From: Malacoraja senta
Lineage: Eukaryota
Assembly: GCA_038087875.1 (NCBI GenBank)
Contig: CM075988.1
Location: forward strand, 7,442,001 to 7,506,000
Direction: 5' to 3'
Length of the DNA stretch: 64,000 nt
Part shown: one piece after another, positions 1-12,755 of the stretch
How positions within the stretch are numbered: position 1 is the stretch's first letter
How the letters are laid out: every line of letters starts with the position of its first letter
Made by a program: the position numbers and the translations under genes
Notes under the pieces: model-generated
Seen by the model: only the letters and a program-made list of their open reading frames with translations
Databases searched by the model: none
Told to the model about the DNA's origin: nothing

Positions 1-225
1 TGTTGAGTGCTGGCAAGTCAGCAGAAAGACAATACATGATTACAATCAAGCCGTCCACAGTGTATAGATACGGAATAAAGGGAATAACATTTAGTGCAAG
101 ATCAATTCCAGAAGAGCCCGATTAAAGATAGCTTGAGGGTCCCAATGTGGTAGATGATAGATCTGGACTGCTCTCTAGTTGGTGATAGGATGGTTCAGTT
201 GCTTGATAACAGCTGGGTAGAAGCT
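1..225 (-). mobile_element. Rex1/Babar-like LINE 3' fragment, cut by window edge
   Basis: Same sequence family as 11843-12048 and 48222-48560 (gaaagacaatacatgattacaatc...gataacagctggg), whose reverse strand encodes the ...SFFP.VIRQLN C-terminal motif. Confidence 0.6.
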
Positions 226-430
226 GTCTGTATGGAGTTTGCATGTCCTCCCTGTGACCGCGTAGGCTTTCTTCGGGTGCTCCGGTTTCCACCCACATTC
301 CAAAGACGTGCAGGCTTGTAATTGTAACTTGCCCCTAGTGTGTAGGATAGTGCTAGTGTACAGGGGTGATCACTGGTCAGCGCAGACTCGGTGGGCTGAA
401 AGGCCTGTTTCCGTGCTGTAGCTCGAAGAT
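222..430 (+). mobile_element. HE1/V-SINE-like SINE, 5'-truncated
   Basis: Core gggtgctccggtttcc.cccaca.tccaaagacgt and tail aggcctgtttccgtgctgta shared with full copies. Confidence 0.8.
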
Positions 431-444
431 TTAATCCACTGTTA

Positions 445-692
445 AGGGCCTGTCCCACTTGCCGATTTTATCGCCCACTGCCGGCGTCATTAACTGACGT
501 ATCAGGGCCGCCGAAAGATTTTGAACATTTCAAAATCCAGCGGTGACGAAAAAAAATGTTGCGACACTTGAGGTAACACTGCGCGTCAATACGACGTCAC
601 GCCGGATCACGCCGCGACTTTTATGGTGACCTGATACGTCAGTCAATGATGCCGGCAGTCACCGATAAAAACCGCCAAGTAGGACAGGCCCT
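445..692. mobile_element. PIF/Harbinger-type MITE
   Basis: About 65-bp imperfect TIRs starting agggcctgtcccacttg and ending caagtaggacaggccct; TTA at 442-444 and 693-695. Confidence 0.8.
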
Positions 693-1762
693 TTACCTTG
701 GAAAATAAAATCTGAAGATCCCCTAAAAACATCCTATCCATTCCTTCCACAGATGCTGCCTGCCCCGCAGAGTTACTCCAGCACTTTGTGTTTTGCCTTG
801 CAAAGTAAAGTTGAACTGGAGGCACTTTTCACGATGAAGATTGGGAGCTGTGGGTGGAATGGTGGCAGCAGTGATGCAGGCATTATAGTTCATGGTTTAG
901 GGAGTGGAACTGCAGTGTTGTGATCATATGTGGCAGAACAACAGCCGTCACACAGCCATTTCCACAGTCAGATTAAATCCAAGCCGAGGAGGTAATTTCC
1001 ATCAGATCAGAATTAAATGGTTCTGTGTAAACAGGTCTTTAGAGAGTCTGGGAGCTGTGTTGATTTGATAATGATTCTATTAAAACGAGATGCTGTGGGC
1101 ACTGGCAGTGGCACCTCGCTGCTTTGCTATACGAATGTAAACTTTGAAAGCGTTTGGGTGGCTGCGGGAGGCAAAGATAATTGGCCGGGCATTTGATTGG
1201 GTGATTAGGCCGAGGCTATGATGGTGATTCAATTTGCATTATTTATTCATATAGTGTCAAATCGCTGCTTTTAGACACGATGCATTTTACATTAGTCGTA
1301 TAATGAAGTGAAATTAAATGAAATGTATGCTTATATTTGAAATGTGTTAACATTTGAAGCATGAACACTATAATTACCAGTGGCATTTGTGTCTTTTGAA
1401 AGCACATCTACTAGTAATTCTGGCTTGCAGCCACCCTTCGGGGGGGGGGGGGGGGGGGCAATGGGGTGGTTGGGGGGAGGCAGTATTTGTGGTGTGGATG
1501 CGGGGATTGCGGGTGAAAACGATGGCAGTCGTATTTTGTTTGCAAAGTCAAGAATCAGTCTCGTGCTAATCTCGCGCTATCAATGAGTAGCAGTGTTTTA
1601 AACGTCAAACCAGCATCTACGCTTGCATCTAGGCCATTTGATGCCATTTGACATTTGATGCCATGTTCTCGGCCTTGCCTCTCCAAGGGCAAGGCACTAC
1701 ATTTATATTGTATGTAGGATACACAAAGAACTGCAGATGCTGGAAACTTACGTCAAACACTT

Positions 1763-2053
1763 GGGCGGTGGTGCAGTGGTAGAGTTGCTGCCTTACAGCG
1801 GGTTCGATCCTGACTATGGGTGCTGTCTGTATGGAGTTTATACGTTCTCTGAGTGACCTCGTTGGTTTTCTCCGGGAGCTCCGGTTTCCGTCCACGCTCC
1901 TAAGACGTACAAGTTTGAGGCTAATTGGGCTGGTAAAATGGTAAATTGTCCCTAGTGTGCATGGTGTTAGTGTGTGGGGATCACTGATTGGTGCGGACTT
2001 GGTTGGTCGAAAGGCCCGATTCCTCACTGTATCTCTAAACTAAACTAAATTAA
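1763..2053 (+). mobile_element. HE1/V-SINE-like tRNA-derived SINE
   Basis: A-box-like tggtgcagtgg, B-box ggttcgatcc, family core, (ctaaa)n tail. Confidence 0.85.
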
Positions 2054-2609
2054 ATGAAACAAAGTGCAGGAGTAACTCAGCGGGTCAGGCAGCATCTCTG
2101 GAGGACATGGATAGGAGACGTTTCGGGTGAGACCCTTCAGTCTCCTAACGTTTTGATTAGCCCGTTCAAATGGGCGTTAAAGATCCTCATGAGTTTGGGG
2201 GACGAAAATAAATACCAGCATTCAGAAAACATTTAACTTAACACAGTCGTTCCAAAGTCCAGAAAGCAGCCGTATCTCCCTCTGCAACTTGCTGCATTCC
2301 AGCAATTTACTGTGTGAATTTCTCCGACCATGTGGCAATTCTTATGTAAACAAAAGTTATTCCTTTCTGACTTCAAGCCGTCCACGCTGCTTGCTTCTGG
2401 CCGGCTGGAGAATGATAATACATTCTGCTTTGTACGTGGGTGTCTTTACAAACGGGCTAAGTTTACCTTTGACTCAGGGAGCGCAGTGATGAAGCGGCGA
2501 ACTATTGGCAGATCACCCACCTGAACCGTGTGCGACCTGCAGGGTAAATGTGTGGCAGCTCACCCAGCTCTCTGTCTTGTTCACCATTTCACAGCTGCAT
2601 GTCTGCAGA

Positions 2610-3190
2610 TGCAGCATGGAAACAGGCCCTTCGGCCTACCGAGTCTAAGCCGACCCTCGTTCACACTAGTTCTACAGACACAAAATGCTGGAGTAACTCA
2701 GTGGGCCAGGCAGCATCACTGGAGAAAAGGAATGGGTGACGTTTTGGGTCGGAACCTTTCTTCAGACTGAGATAGAAAAGGCCAGAATACGGAGGTTACA
2801 CATAAATTTTGGCCTTCTCTATCTTTCAGCCTGAAGAAGTGATCCAACCTGAAACGTCACCTAATCCTTTTCTCCAGAGATGCTGCCTGACCTGCTGAGT
2901 TACTCCAGCATTTTGTGTCTATCTTCAGTATAAACTAGCATCTGCAGTTCCATCTTTCACACTAGTTCTATTTTATTCCACTTTCGCATTCACTCCCTCC
3001 ACATTAGGGGCCATTTAGAGAAGCTAATTAACCTACAATCCCGCACGCCTTCAGAGCACTCGGAGGAACCCAGTGAGGTCAGAAGGAGAGTGTGCAGACT
3101 CCACATGGACAGCACTCGAGGTCACGATCGAACCCGGGTTTTGAACGCTGTAAGGCAGCAGCTTCACCAACTGTGCCACTGTGTCGCCCT
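2610..3190 (-). mobile_element. HE1-like SINE interrupted by a mini-PLE palindrome
   Basis: Reverse-complement tail (ggaaacaggcccttcggcc) near 2618 and head (gatcgaacccggg) near 3126. Confidence 0.8.
2675..2955. mobile_element. Palindromic hammerhead-type mini-PLE element
   Basis: Two inverted arms around a self-complementary spacer; 15-bp duplication ttcacactagttcta at 2660-2674 and 2956-2970. Confidence 0.8.
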
Positions 3191-4004
3191 GTTTTGTCCT
3201 GTTATATTGTGTAACTGCTGCTTGAGAGAGTACATAAGAAAGAATAACTTGCATGCCTTTGGTGGTAGTTTTGAAGAGAGAACTTTGGGTGAATTATATT
3301 CCTGTTGGCATTCGTCAATTGAAATTGTCCTCAATCTAGCCTTGCCCAGCGATTGGAATCTAAGTTACATTTTCAGATTAATTAGTTGTCACCGAGATTG
3401 TAAAACTACTTGTGTGAACCCTAATGATCTGCACCAAGGCAACCAATCTGGAAAACCTATCACACTGCCACCAATGCGGGAGAGCGGACCTGGGACTATA
3501 TTGAATACTGTTGTAACTTTGTCGAGCCCCATACTCTTTGCATACTTGTGTATTGTAGGCAGAACAAAGAATTTCACTGTACCAAGTACATGTGACAATA
3601 AAGTATCAAAGAATCAATCATGGGATGGATGTATGGGTGTGGTTACAAACTCCCAAGTGTGAGTGTGTTGGATAACACGTTATGTTCCATCTCAGGATTG
3701 TAGCCGCATGTCGTAAATTGAACCTTTGATCAGAGTACAGTGGGGATTGAAGGAGGGAAGGGATCAGAGTAGGGTTTGCGAGAGAGTTGAGCAGGTGACA
3801 AGGGCTTGTGTGAGTGCCAAGTCTGTGCACTGGAACAACCCTAGCAGATCTTGGTCTCCAATTGTCTTGGGCCATCTTGCCAATAGACAGAACGTCCCTG
3901 TCATGAATCACGTGGTAGCTGGTGCCCGATGACCACCCCATGTTAAAACACATTCCTGCACCATTCCTTAGAAAGCAAGTAGAAGCATGTCCCCCTCGTG
4001 TATC

Positions 4005-4365
4005 AGTGCATTTACCCAATCTATTTCTCTCATGATCTTACACACCTCCATAAGATCACTCCTCATCCTGCGTTCCAAGGAATAAGCCTGCTCAGTCTCT
4101 CCCTATATCTCAAGCCCTCGAGTCCTGGCAACATCCTCATAAATCATCTCTGCACCCTTTCCAGCTCAGCAATATCTTTCCTATAAAAGGGTGACCAAAA
4201 TTGAACATAATACTTAATTTATATACTCCACAACTTCAGCTGCCGAAGCACAGTCTGGAATTATCTAGGCCTCACCAATGTCTTGTACAACTGTAACATG
4301 AGCTCCCACCTTCTATTCTCCTGGATCTCTCTGCTCTGCAACACTCCCCAGAGCCCTGCCATTCA
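4005..4365 (-). mobile_element. Old CR1-type LINE fragment
   Basis: gggtgaccaaaattgaaca...tact and cctggcaacatcct...aaatc match reverse complement of the YCVQFWSP / QRRFTR region of the CR1 at 43173. Confidence 0.6.
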
Positions 4366-5412
4366 TTAAGTTGGTTCTTTCATGATATATCGTTTTGAGC
4401 CAACGTCCTTGCTAGTTAAGGCTGAGGGGTAACCAAGGCATCTGGCCCCCTCATTAGGGGAAAGACAACAATGGCTGAGAAGAGAAAGGAATGTTAGCAA
4501 CAGACATTGTGAGAATGTCTTACTGCTGCACGACTCGAGGGCCAGAATCTCTGAACATTTCAAACAAAATCATTGCAAAGTGTTAAATAATAACTATTAA
4601 AAATTGTAAGTAAAAAGCTGGGCTTGGAAATTAATCTTTGGTGGACAACGCTAACTTCTATTGTCATGCACCCTCATCGGTTTGAATTCATTCCACGGAC
4701 ATTGCTGGAATAGCTTTTGGAGGCACAGTATGACATGCTGATGTGGTATTTGGCATCGATGATGGAGTGACTTGGGATGAATTTCTAAACACTAGTCTGT
4801 TTAAACTATGATAGATAAAGGGACAGAACTGCAAGAAACCAAATTTTGATTGATAGCATATTGCTCTTCAAAAGTAGTTTATAAATACATTTTTCATCTG
4901 GGTTCTGTGGACGGAACCTGGCTCGTACAATGTCCCTCAAGACTTGCGAGGCAATTCCGTTCACCATGCAAAGTAATTTTCCAGGGTGGAGGGATGAGGG
5001 CTGTGTGTTTCGTGAAGTACAAAACACCAAGCCTCCTTGTTTAAGGAAGAAAGTTATTGCATTGGAAACGGTTCAGAGAAGATTTACTGGATCAATGGTT
5101 GGAATAAGAAAAGGTTGGAGAGGCCAGGCTTTTATCTGTTGGAGTTGAGAACAAGGATTGAAATGTACAACATTTCCTGAGGTCTTCACAAGGTCAATGG
5201 CAAATGTTGTAGATTTGTTGTTGTTGTTAAGATGAAGCAAATAATCCAATTCAGCCACATCAAGAATAACTTGAATTACACTCCACCTTTAACGGAATAA
5301 AATAATCCGTAGTACTTTATGTGAACAAAGTTCATCAAAATTTGGCAATCAGGTTGATGCAAGAAATCTAATGTCATAGACAAAGAAAGAGGAGAGATAG
5401 AACTGCATGGTT

Positions 5413-5728
5413 GGGGCAGCACGGTGGTGCAGCGGTAGTTGCTGCCTCACAGCGCCAGAGACCTAGGTTTGATCCTGACTGCGGGTGCTGTCTGTACGGA
5501 GTTTGTATGTTCTCCCTGTGACCTGCGTAGGTTTTCACCGGCAGCTCCGGTTTCCTCCCACACTGCAAAGACATAACAGTTTGCAGGCTAAGTGGCTTGG
5601 TAAAATTATAAAATTGTCCCTTGTGATTCGGACAGTGTTGGTGTGTGGGGATTGCTGGTTGGCGCCGACTTGGTAGGCCGAAGGGCCTGTTTCCGTGTTG
5701 TATCTCGAAAACTAAACTAAATTAAACT
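5413..5728 (+). mobile_element. HE1/V-SINE-like SINE, full length
   Basis: A and B boxes, core and ctaaa tail. Confidence 0.85.
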
Positions 5729-6874
5729 CTTTAGGGAGATGATTCTAGACTGTGCTTAGGCAGCAGAAGTTGCGGAGTAAATAAAATTGAAAATATCTGT
5801 CCCATAAATGGGGAATTTGTGCAACCTGAAGAAACTACATAACATCCAAGATGGGAGCAGAGAGGGAATTGAAAGCACGGATGAGTATTGTCAGTTTGGT
5901 TATGTTCCAGTCAAGGGAACATTGGGCATTTATATTTAATATCAGTCAGATGAGTTCTGGAAAATTGTTTAAATTTATGGAAGAATAATAAATTCAAGTC
6001 AATAAGTCCAGTGGGGCAGCTGTCGAACTCCAATTTTTTGCACAGTTCGAAGTCTTGAGGGTGTTCAAATCCAGACATAACTATATCAAAATAAATTTCG
6101 GCCTCACTCAGAAAGTCTCTGGGTGAGTATGTAACATGCTGTCAGTTGAAAAAGCACCGGCTCCTGATGTGTTAGATTGTATGAAATGAACTCGCCGAAG
6201 TCTGATTAGTTATTTTAGTGTTTTATGGAGATGATTATGTTAATTGCAAGTTGGCACCCATTTTCTACAGTGTTCTATGGAAAGCTGCGGTCTGCTTTCT
6301 GAAAGGACGGAATGGAAAGAAATTTAACATTTGCGAAATACTATTGAACTTCAATCCCTGCTGTTTTCCTCAAGAGTTTTGACAAGGGCGAGGAATTGGA
6401 GGTTGAAGCCAAGCTCTGTTGCCACTATCTCTCTGGGAAGTTGCTTTTCAGCCCCAGCTTACACTGATATAAAATACAGACGTGTGTTTAGTGCAAGCAT
6501 GAGGAAGGGAAAAAAACACACTGCCCGATTCTTAGCTTCTCCTGGGAGCCATGGACAGCTGGAATTTGGACCGATTGAAATTGTCTGAGCGCTGGTCTTG
6601 TTTAACGCTTTGCTTCCTGGTTAAAATGGAAGTCTTCACCGTGCATCTCCAGAATATGAACCATAAGATTGAGGGGAGGTTGTGCTGATATGGGAGAAAA
6701 CATAATTGTTCAGATTGTGCACTATCAACATTGTAGTTATTACAGTTATACAGCACGAATCAGGCCCTTCGACCCAACCTGGCCATGCTGACCAAGATGC
6801 CTCATCTAAGCTAACCCCATTTAGCCTTTATTTCTCTAAACGTCCCTATCCATGTACCTGTCCAAACGTCTCTT

Positions 6875-9398
6875 TTTTTTTTATTTTTTTTTTAATTTTT
6901 ATTTATTAGAAGTACATTACATCACAGCCACATACATTAATACTCGTCATTTATATCTTCTTACAATTAATGTACTCCCTTTATTTTTTTTTTTACGCTA
7001 AAGAAAGAAAAGATTGAAAGAGAGAAGAAAGTGAAGGAAAAAGTGCAAGTGTAGAAAAGTGTAGAAAATGTAACAACAAAAAAAAAAAAGGACGAGGACC
7101 CTATGAAAGCGAAATTAAAAACAAAAAAAAAAAAGAGTTAAGAAATAGGCCCTAAGAAAAGAAAAGAGAGAGAGAAAAAAAGAAAAACAAATGTTTTTTT
7201 TTTTGAGCATCACGTAAATAGGACATACCAACTCTTCAACTATCATCCCCCCTTACCCGACCTCAATTTTTTATTTTTTTAAAGTACTTTTGCACCCTAT
7301 GTTTGTAATAATTCTATAAATGCAGACCACGTCAGGTGGAAGTGATCTGGTTTACCTGCTAGGAGGAGTCTAATCTCTTCAAGGTGTAGTGTTTCAAACA
7401 TATTTGAAATCCACATATTTATAGTTGGTATTGGAGCCTTCTTCCAAAATTTTAGAATTAGCTTTTTTCCAGTTATTAACCCATAATCCATTAATTTCTT
7501 TTGAAACACATTTAGTTCTGGATCATCTTCCGTTATACCGAAGATAATCCATTCTGCTTTGGGTATCAGTCTTGTTTTAAATAACTTTGTAAAGATTTCA
7601 AAAATTTCATTCCAAAATTTTTGAATTTTTGTACAGAAGACAAATGAGTGCGCTATAGTTGCTTCTTGGGATTGACATTTATCACAAATAGATGATACGT
7701 TTGGGAAAATTTTATGAATTTTAGTTTTCGAATAATATAATCTATGTAAAATTTTAAATTGTATTAAAGTGTGTCTTACATTAATCGAGCATTTATGTAC
7801 TTTTAATAAGTATTCATTCCAACTTTCCTTTGAAATTTTAATAGCTAACTCTTGTTCCCAGTCTCTTCTGATACCCTCCGTAGATGGTATTTGTACATTT
7901 AAGATAATATTGTACAAATATGATATTAAGTTTGCTGATTCCGCTTTTGTCTGCATTGCCTCGTCCAGTACATCTGCTGGGTTATTATGATGATCTTTTA
8001 TATATTTTTTCAAATAGTCGCATATTTGAAAGTATTTAAAATATTGATTATTTCCGAGTTTATATTTTATTTGTAATTGTTGAAATGAAAGTAATTTTCC
8101 AGTTTCATACAAGTCACCAAGCGTTTTAATTCCTAGTCTATCCCATTGTGTATAAGCTTTATCTATAATAGAAGGACTAAACGAAGGGTTATTGACTATA
8201 GGTAATAAAAGTGATAAGTTTCTTAATTTTAAATTTTGTTTTATTTGTTTCCAAATACGGATTGTACTATGAATAATTGGGTTCTTATTATAGTTTATGT
8301 TATTCAATTTCATTGGAGAGAGGAGGATCGCTCCAATGTTTCTAGAGGAGCAATCCTCTTTCTCCATTACAATCCAGTCTACTTGCTGGGCGGAGTTATC
8401 CATCAGTTGAATCATGTTTTTAATATTTACTGACCAATAATAATACATAAAATTGGGTAGTGCTAGACCCCCCAATACTTTAGATTTATTCAGATGGGTT
8501 TTTTGTATTCTATGTGATTTATAGTCCCATATAAAATTAGTGATATCTGAGTCGAGTTTTTTAAAAAACTTCTTAGGTAAGTATATAGGAATTGATTGAA
8601 ATAGGTATAAAATTTGTGGTAAAAAGATCATTTTTATTGCGTTTATTCGGCCTATTAAAGACATCGGAAGCGTTTTCCAGAATTTAATTAATGTATTCAG
8701 TTTATTAAGTAGGGGGTCAAAATTTGCCCTGAGCATACCTTGATATGCTCTGGTAATTTCGATTCCCAAATATTTAAATTTTTCTGTAGCTATTTTAAAA
8801 GGGAATTTTAAAAGATGTGTTGAATCTTTCGGTTTTATTGACATAATTTCACTTTTATTCCAATTTATTCTATATCCAGAAAAAGATCCGAAGTCTTCAA
8901 TTAAATTTAATATATTTGGTATAGTGATTTGAGGTTTTGTAATATACAATAATATATCATCCGCGTATAAAGATATTTTATTATATGAGTCTTTAGTATT
9001 ATATCCATGAATATCAGGGTGTATTCTAATTTTTTCTGCTAGCGGTTCAATAATGAGAGCAAACAGCTGTGGTGATAATGAGCATCCTTGTCTATTTCCC
9101 CTTGATAGTTGAAATTTCGAGGATAATATGTTATTAGTAAGTATTCTAGCTGTAGGTTTGTTATATAGTAACTTAATCCATAAAATAAAATTCTCTCCCA
9201 GTTGAAATTTTTGTAATACTTTATCCATATAATTCCATTCTACTTGATCAAATGCTTTTTCAGCATCCAGCGAAATAATTGATAATTCTTGATCTTCAGA
9301 TTTGTGTGAGTGCATTATGTTGAGTAAACGTCTCATATTATTAGAAGAGTATCTCTTAGGGATAAACCCTGTCTGATCTGGGTTTATTAATTTACTAA
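6875..9398 (-). mobile_element. Young 5'-truncated L1-clade LINE
   Basis: Poly(T) at left end, ORF2 fragment, perfect 16-bp TSD tgtccaaacgtctctt at 6859-6874 and 9399-9414; inserted in an older CR1 fragment (about 6745-6874 plus 9399-9690). Confidence 0.95.
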
Positions 9399-9399
9399 T
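7297..9399 (-). pseudogene. L1 ORF2 fragment (RT domain to C-terminal CCHC), 700 uninterrupted codons, no endonuclease
   Basis: Motifs DQTGFIP, SLDAEKAFD, RQGCSLSP, LYADD, CDKC-x8-H-x4-C. First 28 aa of the tracked ORF (9400-9483) are flanking DNA. Confidence 0.92.
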
Positions 9400-9927
9400 G
9401 TCCAAACGTCTCTTAAATGTTATTATAGCCTCGACCACCAGCTCTGGATGAAAAAGTTGCCTCTTGGGTTCGTATTTAATCATCTCCCTCTCACTTTAAA
9501 CCTATGTCCTCTTGCTTTTGATGCCTCTCCCTTGGGTAAAAAGCCCTGTACATTCACCCTATCTATTTCCCTTATGATTTTATACACCACTACTATAAGA
9601 TCACCCCTCAGCCTCCTGCGCTCCAAGGGACAAAATCCTAGTCTGCCCAACCAGTTTAGCCATTCAAATCCTGGCAACATCCTTATAAAACGATATTGGG
9701 GTTACAGCAATTTATTGGCGGCTTCCAAAGGCAAATTATTTGATATTGTATAGATTTACTTTTATCACGTAAGAAGGGTGAATATTACACATTTTGCTTT
9801 TGCAAATGATCCCAGTACTCTTATCAATGGAGTTTTTCTCAATATAGAATTATAACATCGTCCATGTGGTAAATTATAACAGAGTCCATATGGTAAATGA
9901 GTATGAAGGAACTTGCTTCCACTGAAG

Positions 9928-10022
9928 TTAGACATAATGCTGGAGTAACTCAGTGGGACAGTCAGCATCTCTGGAGAGAAGGAATGGGTGACGTTTTGGG
10001 TCGAGACACCTTCCTCAGACTG
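9928..10022 (-). mobile_element. Mini-PLE single arm
   Basis: gctggagtaactcag...ggaatgggtgacgttttgggtcgagac...tcagact; hammerhead core degenerate. Confidence 0.75.
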
Positions 10023-10562
10023 AGAGTTAGGGGAGAGGGAAACTATATGTCTAATTGTCTACAGTAGCATTAGTTACCATGTAATCTGTTTGCTGTGTCA
10101 CTTGCCCTAGTATTGATCCCCCGATAGATCAGTTATTCAAGCCACTGCTACTGTTTAGATCGTCATGGAGGACAGGAATGTGTGGTATTAATTCATGTCC
10201 CCTGGTATGGAAGTCGAGATGATACGGTCCGCCTCCATTTCTCTTGCCTTGGGAGTAGAAATCTAGCCATGTTTCTCAGCTCTGATCTCCTGCTGGTGGG
10301 TATGTGGACTGAATGAGCAGTGAAGTGGATGTGCGGACAGACAGAATTACTTCAGTTCTAATGCAGACATCATTAAATAGTCTGTGATTTGCAACCCAAA
10401 ACACGTCAACCTTGGATCCAGATGCTTTAAAGAATGGAAGTGAGAAAAGCAGATGGCAGACAGAGGTCGGGGAAAGTACTTATTATGTTGCCTATCACAT
10501 ATTTGAGAGAAAACAAACAGTTATTTACCTTGGAGTGGAGACAATTTAATCTGCTCTTCAAG

Positions 10563-10870
10563 TGATACAGCATGGAAAACAGGCCCTTCAGCCCATCGAG
10601 TCCATGCCGACAATTGATCACCCATTCATATTGGTTCTATGTTATCGCACTTTCTCACCTACTCCCTGCACACGGAGCAATTTATAGAGGTCATTAACTT
10701 ACAAACCTGCATGTCTTTGGGATGTGGGCGGAAACCAGAGCACCTGGAGGAAATCCAGGCGGTCACAGAAAGAATGTGCACACCTCACATGGACACACCC
10801 GAGGCCAGAATCGAACCTGGGTCTGTGGCACTGCAAGGCAGGGGCTCTACCACCCGACCACTGCGCCACT
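10563..10870 (-). mobile_element. HE1-like SINE (older subfamily)
   Basis: Reverse-complement tail, core and B-box (aatcgaacctggg). Confidence 0.8.
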
Positions 10871-11499
10871 CTCTATGAACTTTTTTATTCGCTCTTTAAC
10901 ATTAGGGTCCCCCGTGGTATTTTTCACGTGTCACGTGGGGTGAGGATTCTTCAGTTTACTTGTCGTGAGACAGCCCCAGAGTTTCAGCCTTGAGCAGGAA
11001 TAAAATAAAGGAATTAACTACAGAAAACTCAACTCCACTGAGGTAAGCATCACTGAGGCAGAAGGAATATGTGACATGGCTGGTACAAAATTAAAACACA
11101 ATTATCAGCATTTGATGAGAGCGAAAGAGCAGTTAAAATTATAACCAAAATCACTGCCTCACATATGTAGCAAGTAATTAAAGTAATACTTGTCTTATGA
11201 TGCTCCAGAGGTGTAACAAGTGGAAGAAGTGGAGGCTGTATCTGTCTGTATAAACGCTTGACTGAAGAGGGGGATTTTGAAGGGTTTGAGTACTTAATAA
11301 GTGTCCATGACTGTGGGAACAGATGTTGAGTGTTTGACTGGTTCCAACATGTGAAATGGAAATTGCAGGAGTCCAATGTGGAGGAGGAGTGTAAAATTAC
11401 ATATCTTGGCTAGTTTTACATGGGAGCCAATAGCCCAGATTTTGCCATCATGACTTGCACAAGATGTTAGTGAGGGCACATTTGTAGTATTGTGTCAGC

Positions 11500-12130
11500 C
11501 TATTATAGGAAAGATGCTGTTAAGCTGGAAAGATTGCAGAGAAGATTTACAATGCAAAGGGCCTACTCTGTAGGGAGAGGTTGGGCAGGTTTTTATTTCT
11601 TGGATCAGACTGGGCAGATGCACAGTATTTTACCCAGATTTGGGGAAATCAAGAACCAGAGGCCATAGGTTTAAGTTGAGAAGGAAATGATTTAATAGGA
11701 ACTTGAGGAGCAACTTTTTCATACAGAGGGTAGTGGGCATATGAGGTAGTTGAGGCAAGTATGATAACAACATTCAAAGCACATTTGGACAGGTACATGG
11801 ATAGGAAAGGTTTAGAGGGAATGCGTCAAATGTAGGCAGGCTTAGTTTAGTTTTGTTTATTGTCATGTGTACCGAGGTACAGTGAAAAGCCTTTGTTGCA
11901 TGTTATCGAGTCAGCGGAAAGACAATACATGATGACAATCGAGGCATTTACAGTGTATAGGTACATGATAAGGGAATAACGTTTAGTGCAAGGTAAAGCC
12001 AATAAAGTCTGATCAAAGATAGTCCGTGGGTCACCAATGAGGTAGATAGTGGGACTAGCGTAAATGGTGCATCTAGCTTGGCATGAGTGAGTTGGGCCGA
12101 AGGGCCTGTTTCCCTGCTGTATGACTCTAA
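11500..12130 (+). mobile_element. CR1/HER1-like LINE 3' end interrupted by a Rex1/Babar-like 3' fragment (11843-12048, minus)
   Basis: Degenerate RKD..KLE..QRRFT coding remnant; resumes after the insert and ends gggccgaagggcctgtttccctgctgtatgactcta, the tail shared with the SINE. Confidence 0.7.
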
Positions 12131-12329
12131 CGTTTCCCTGTGCAGAATCACATCTGTGATTTCTATCTGGCTCTGACTGTCCCAAAGCAGCCAGGTGTCC
12201 AGTGGGATGGTTTGAATGCAATGATGGGATCTGCCTCAAAACTACCCTGAGATGAAAGCCAAGACCTGTCGCAAGGCCCTGTTAGGGTCATAGAAGCTGT
12301 TTAATTGTTTTCAAGTATTGAGTGATTGA

Positions 12330-12755
12330 AAGATAGAGCTTGAAAACAAGTCCTTTGGCCCACCGAGTCCACACCGACCATCGATTACCCTTTCACACTA
12401 GTTCTATGTTATCCCACATCTTACACACAAGGGGGGATTTAGAGACTAATTCATCTACAATCCTGCATCTCTTTGGGATGTATGTAGGAAGGAATTGCAG
12501 ATGCTGGTTTAAACTGAAGATAGACACAAAATGCTGGAGTAACTCAGCGGGACAGGCAGCATCTCTGGAGAGAAGGAATTCTTTCTCCCCAGAAATGCTG
12601 CCTGCCCCGCTGAGTTGCTCCAGCATTTTGTGTCTTTCGGATGTGTTGGGAATCCCCTGCGGACACAAGGAGAACATGCAAACTCCACGCAGGCGTTGTC
12701 CGAGGTCAGTATCGAACCCGTGTCTCTGGCTCCGCGTGGCAACAGCTCTACCAGC
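12330..12755 (-). mobile_element. HE1-like SINE containing a mini-PLE palindrome (12482-12632) that lost the ribozyme-bearing centre
   Basis: Inverted arms fused at aaggaattctttc; approximate duplication tctttgggatgt (12470-12481) / tctttcggatgt (12633-12644). Confidence 0.75.

Noticed and set aside
1440..1480. G19 run with G-quadruplex potential
   Set aside because: Simple homopolymer with no supporting context; its length is unreliable in assemblies.
9400..9483. Start codon giving a 728-aa gene
   Set aside because: The first 28 codons come from the TSD and antisense-read flank of the insertion; a chance in-frame fusion.
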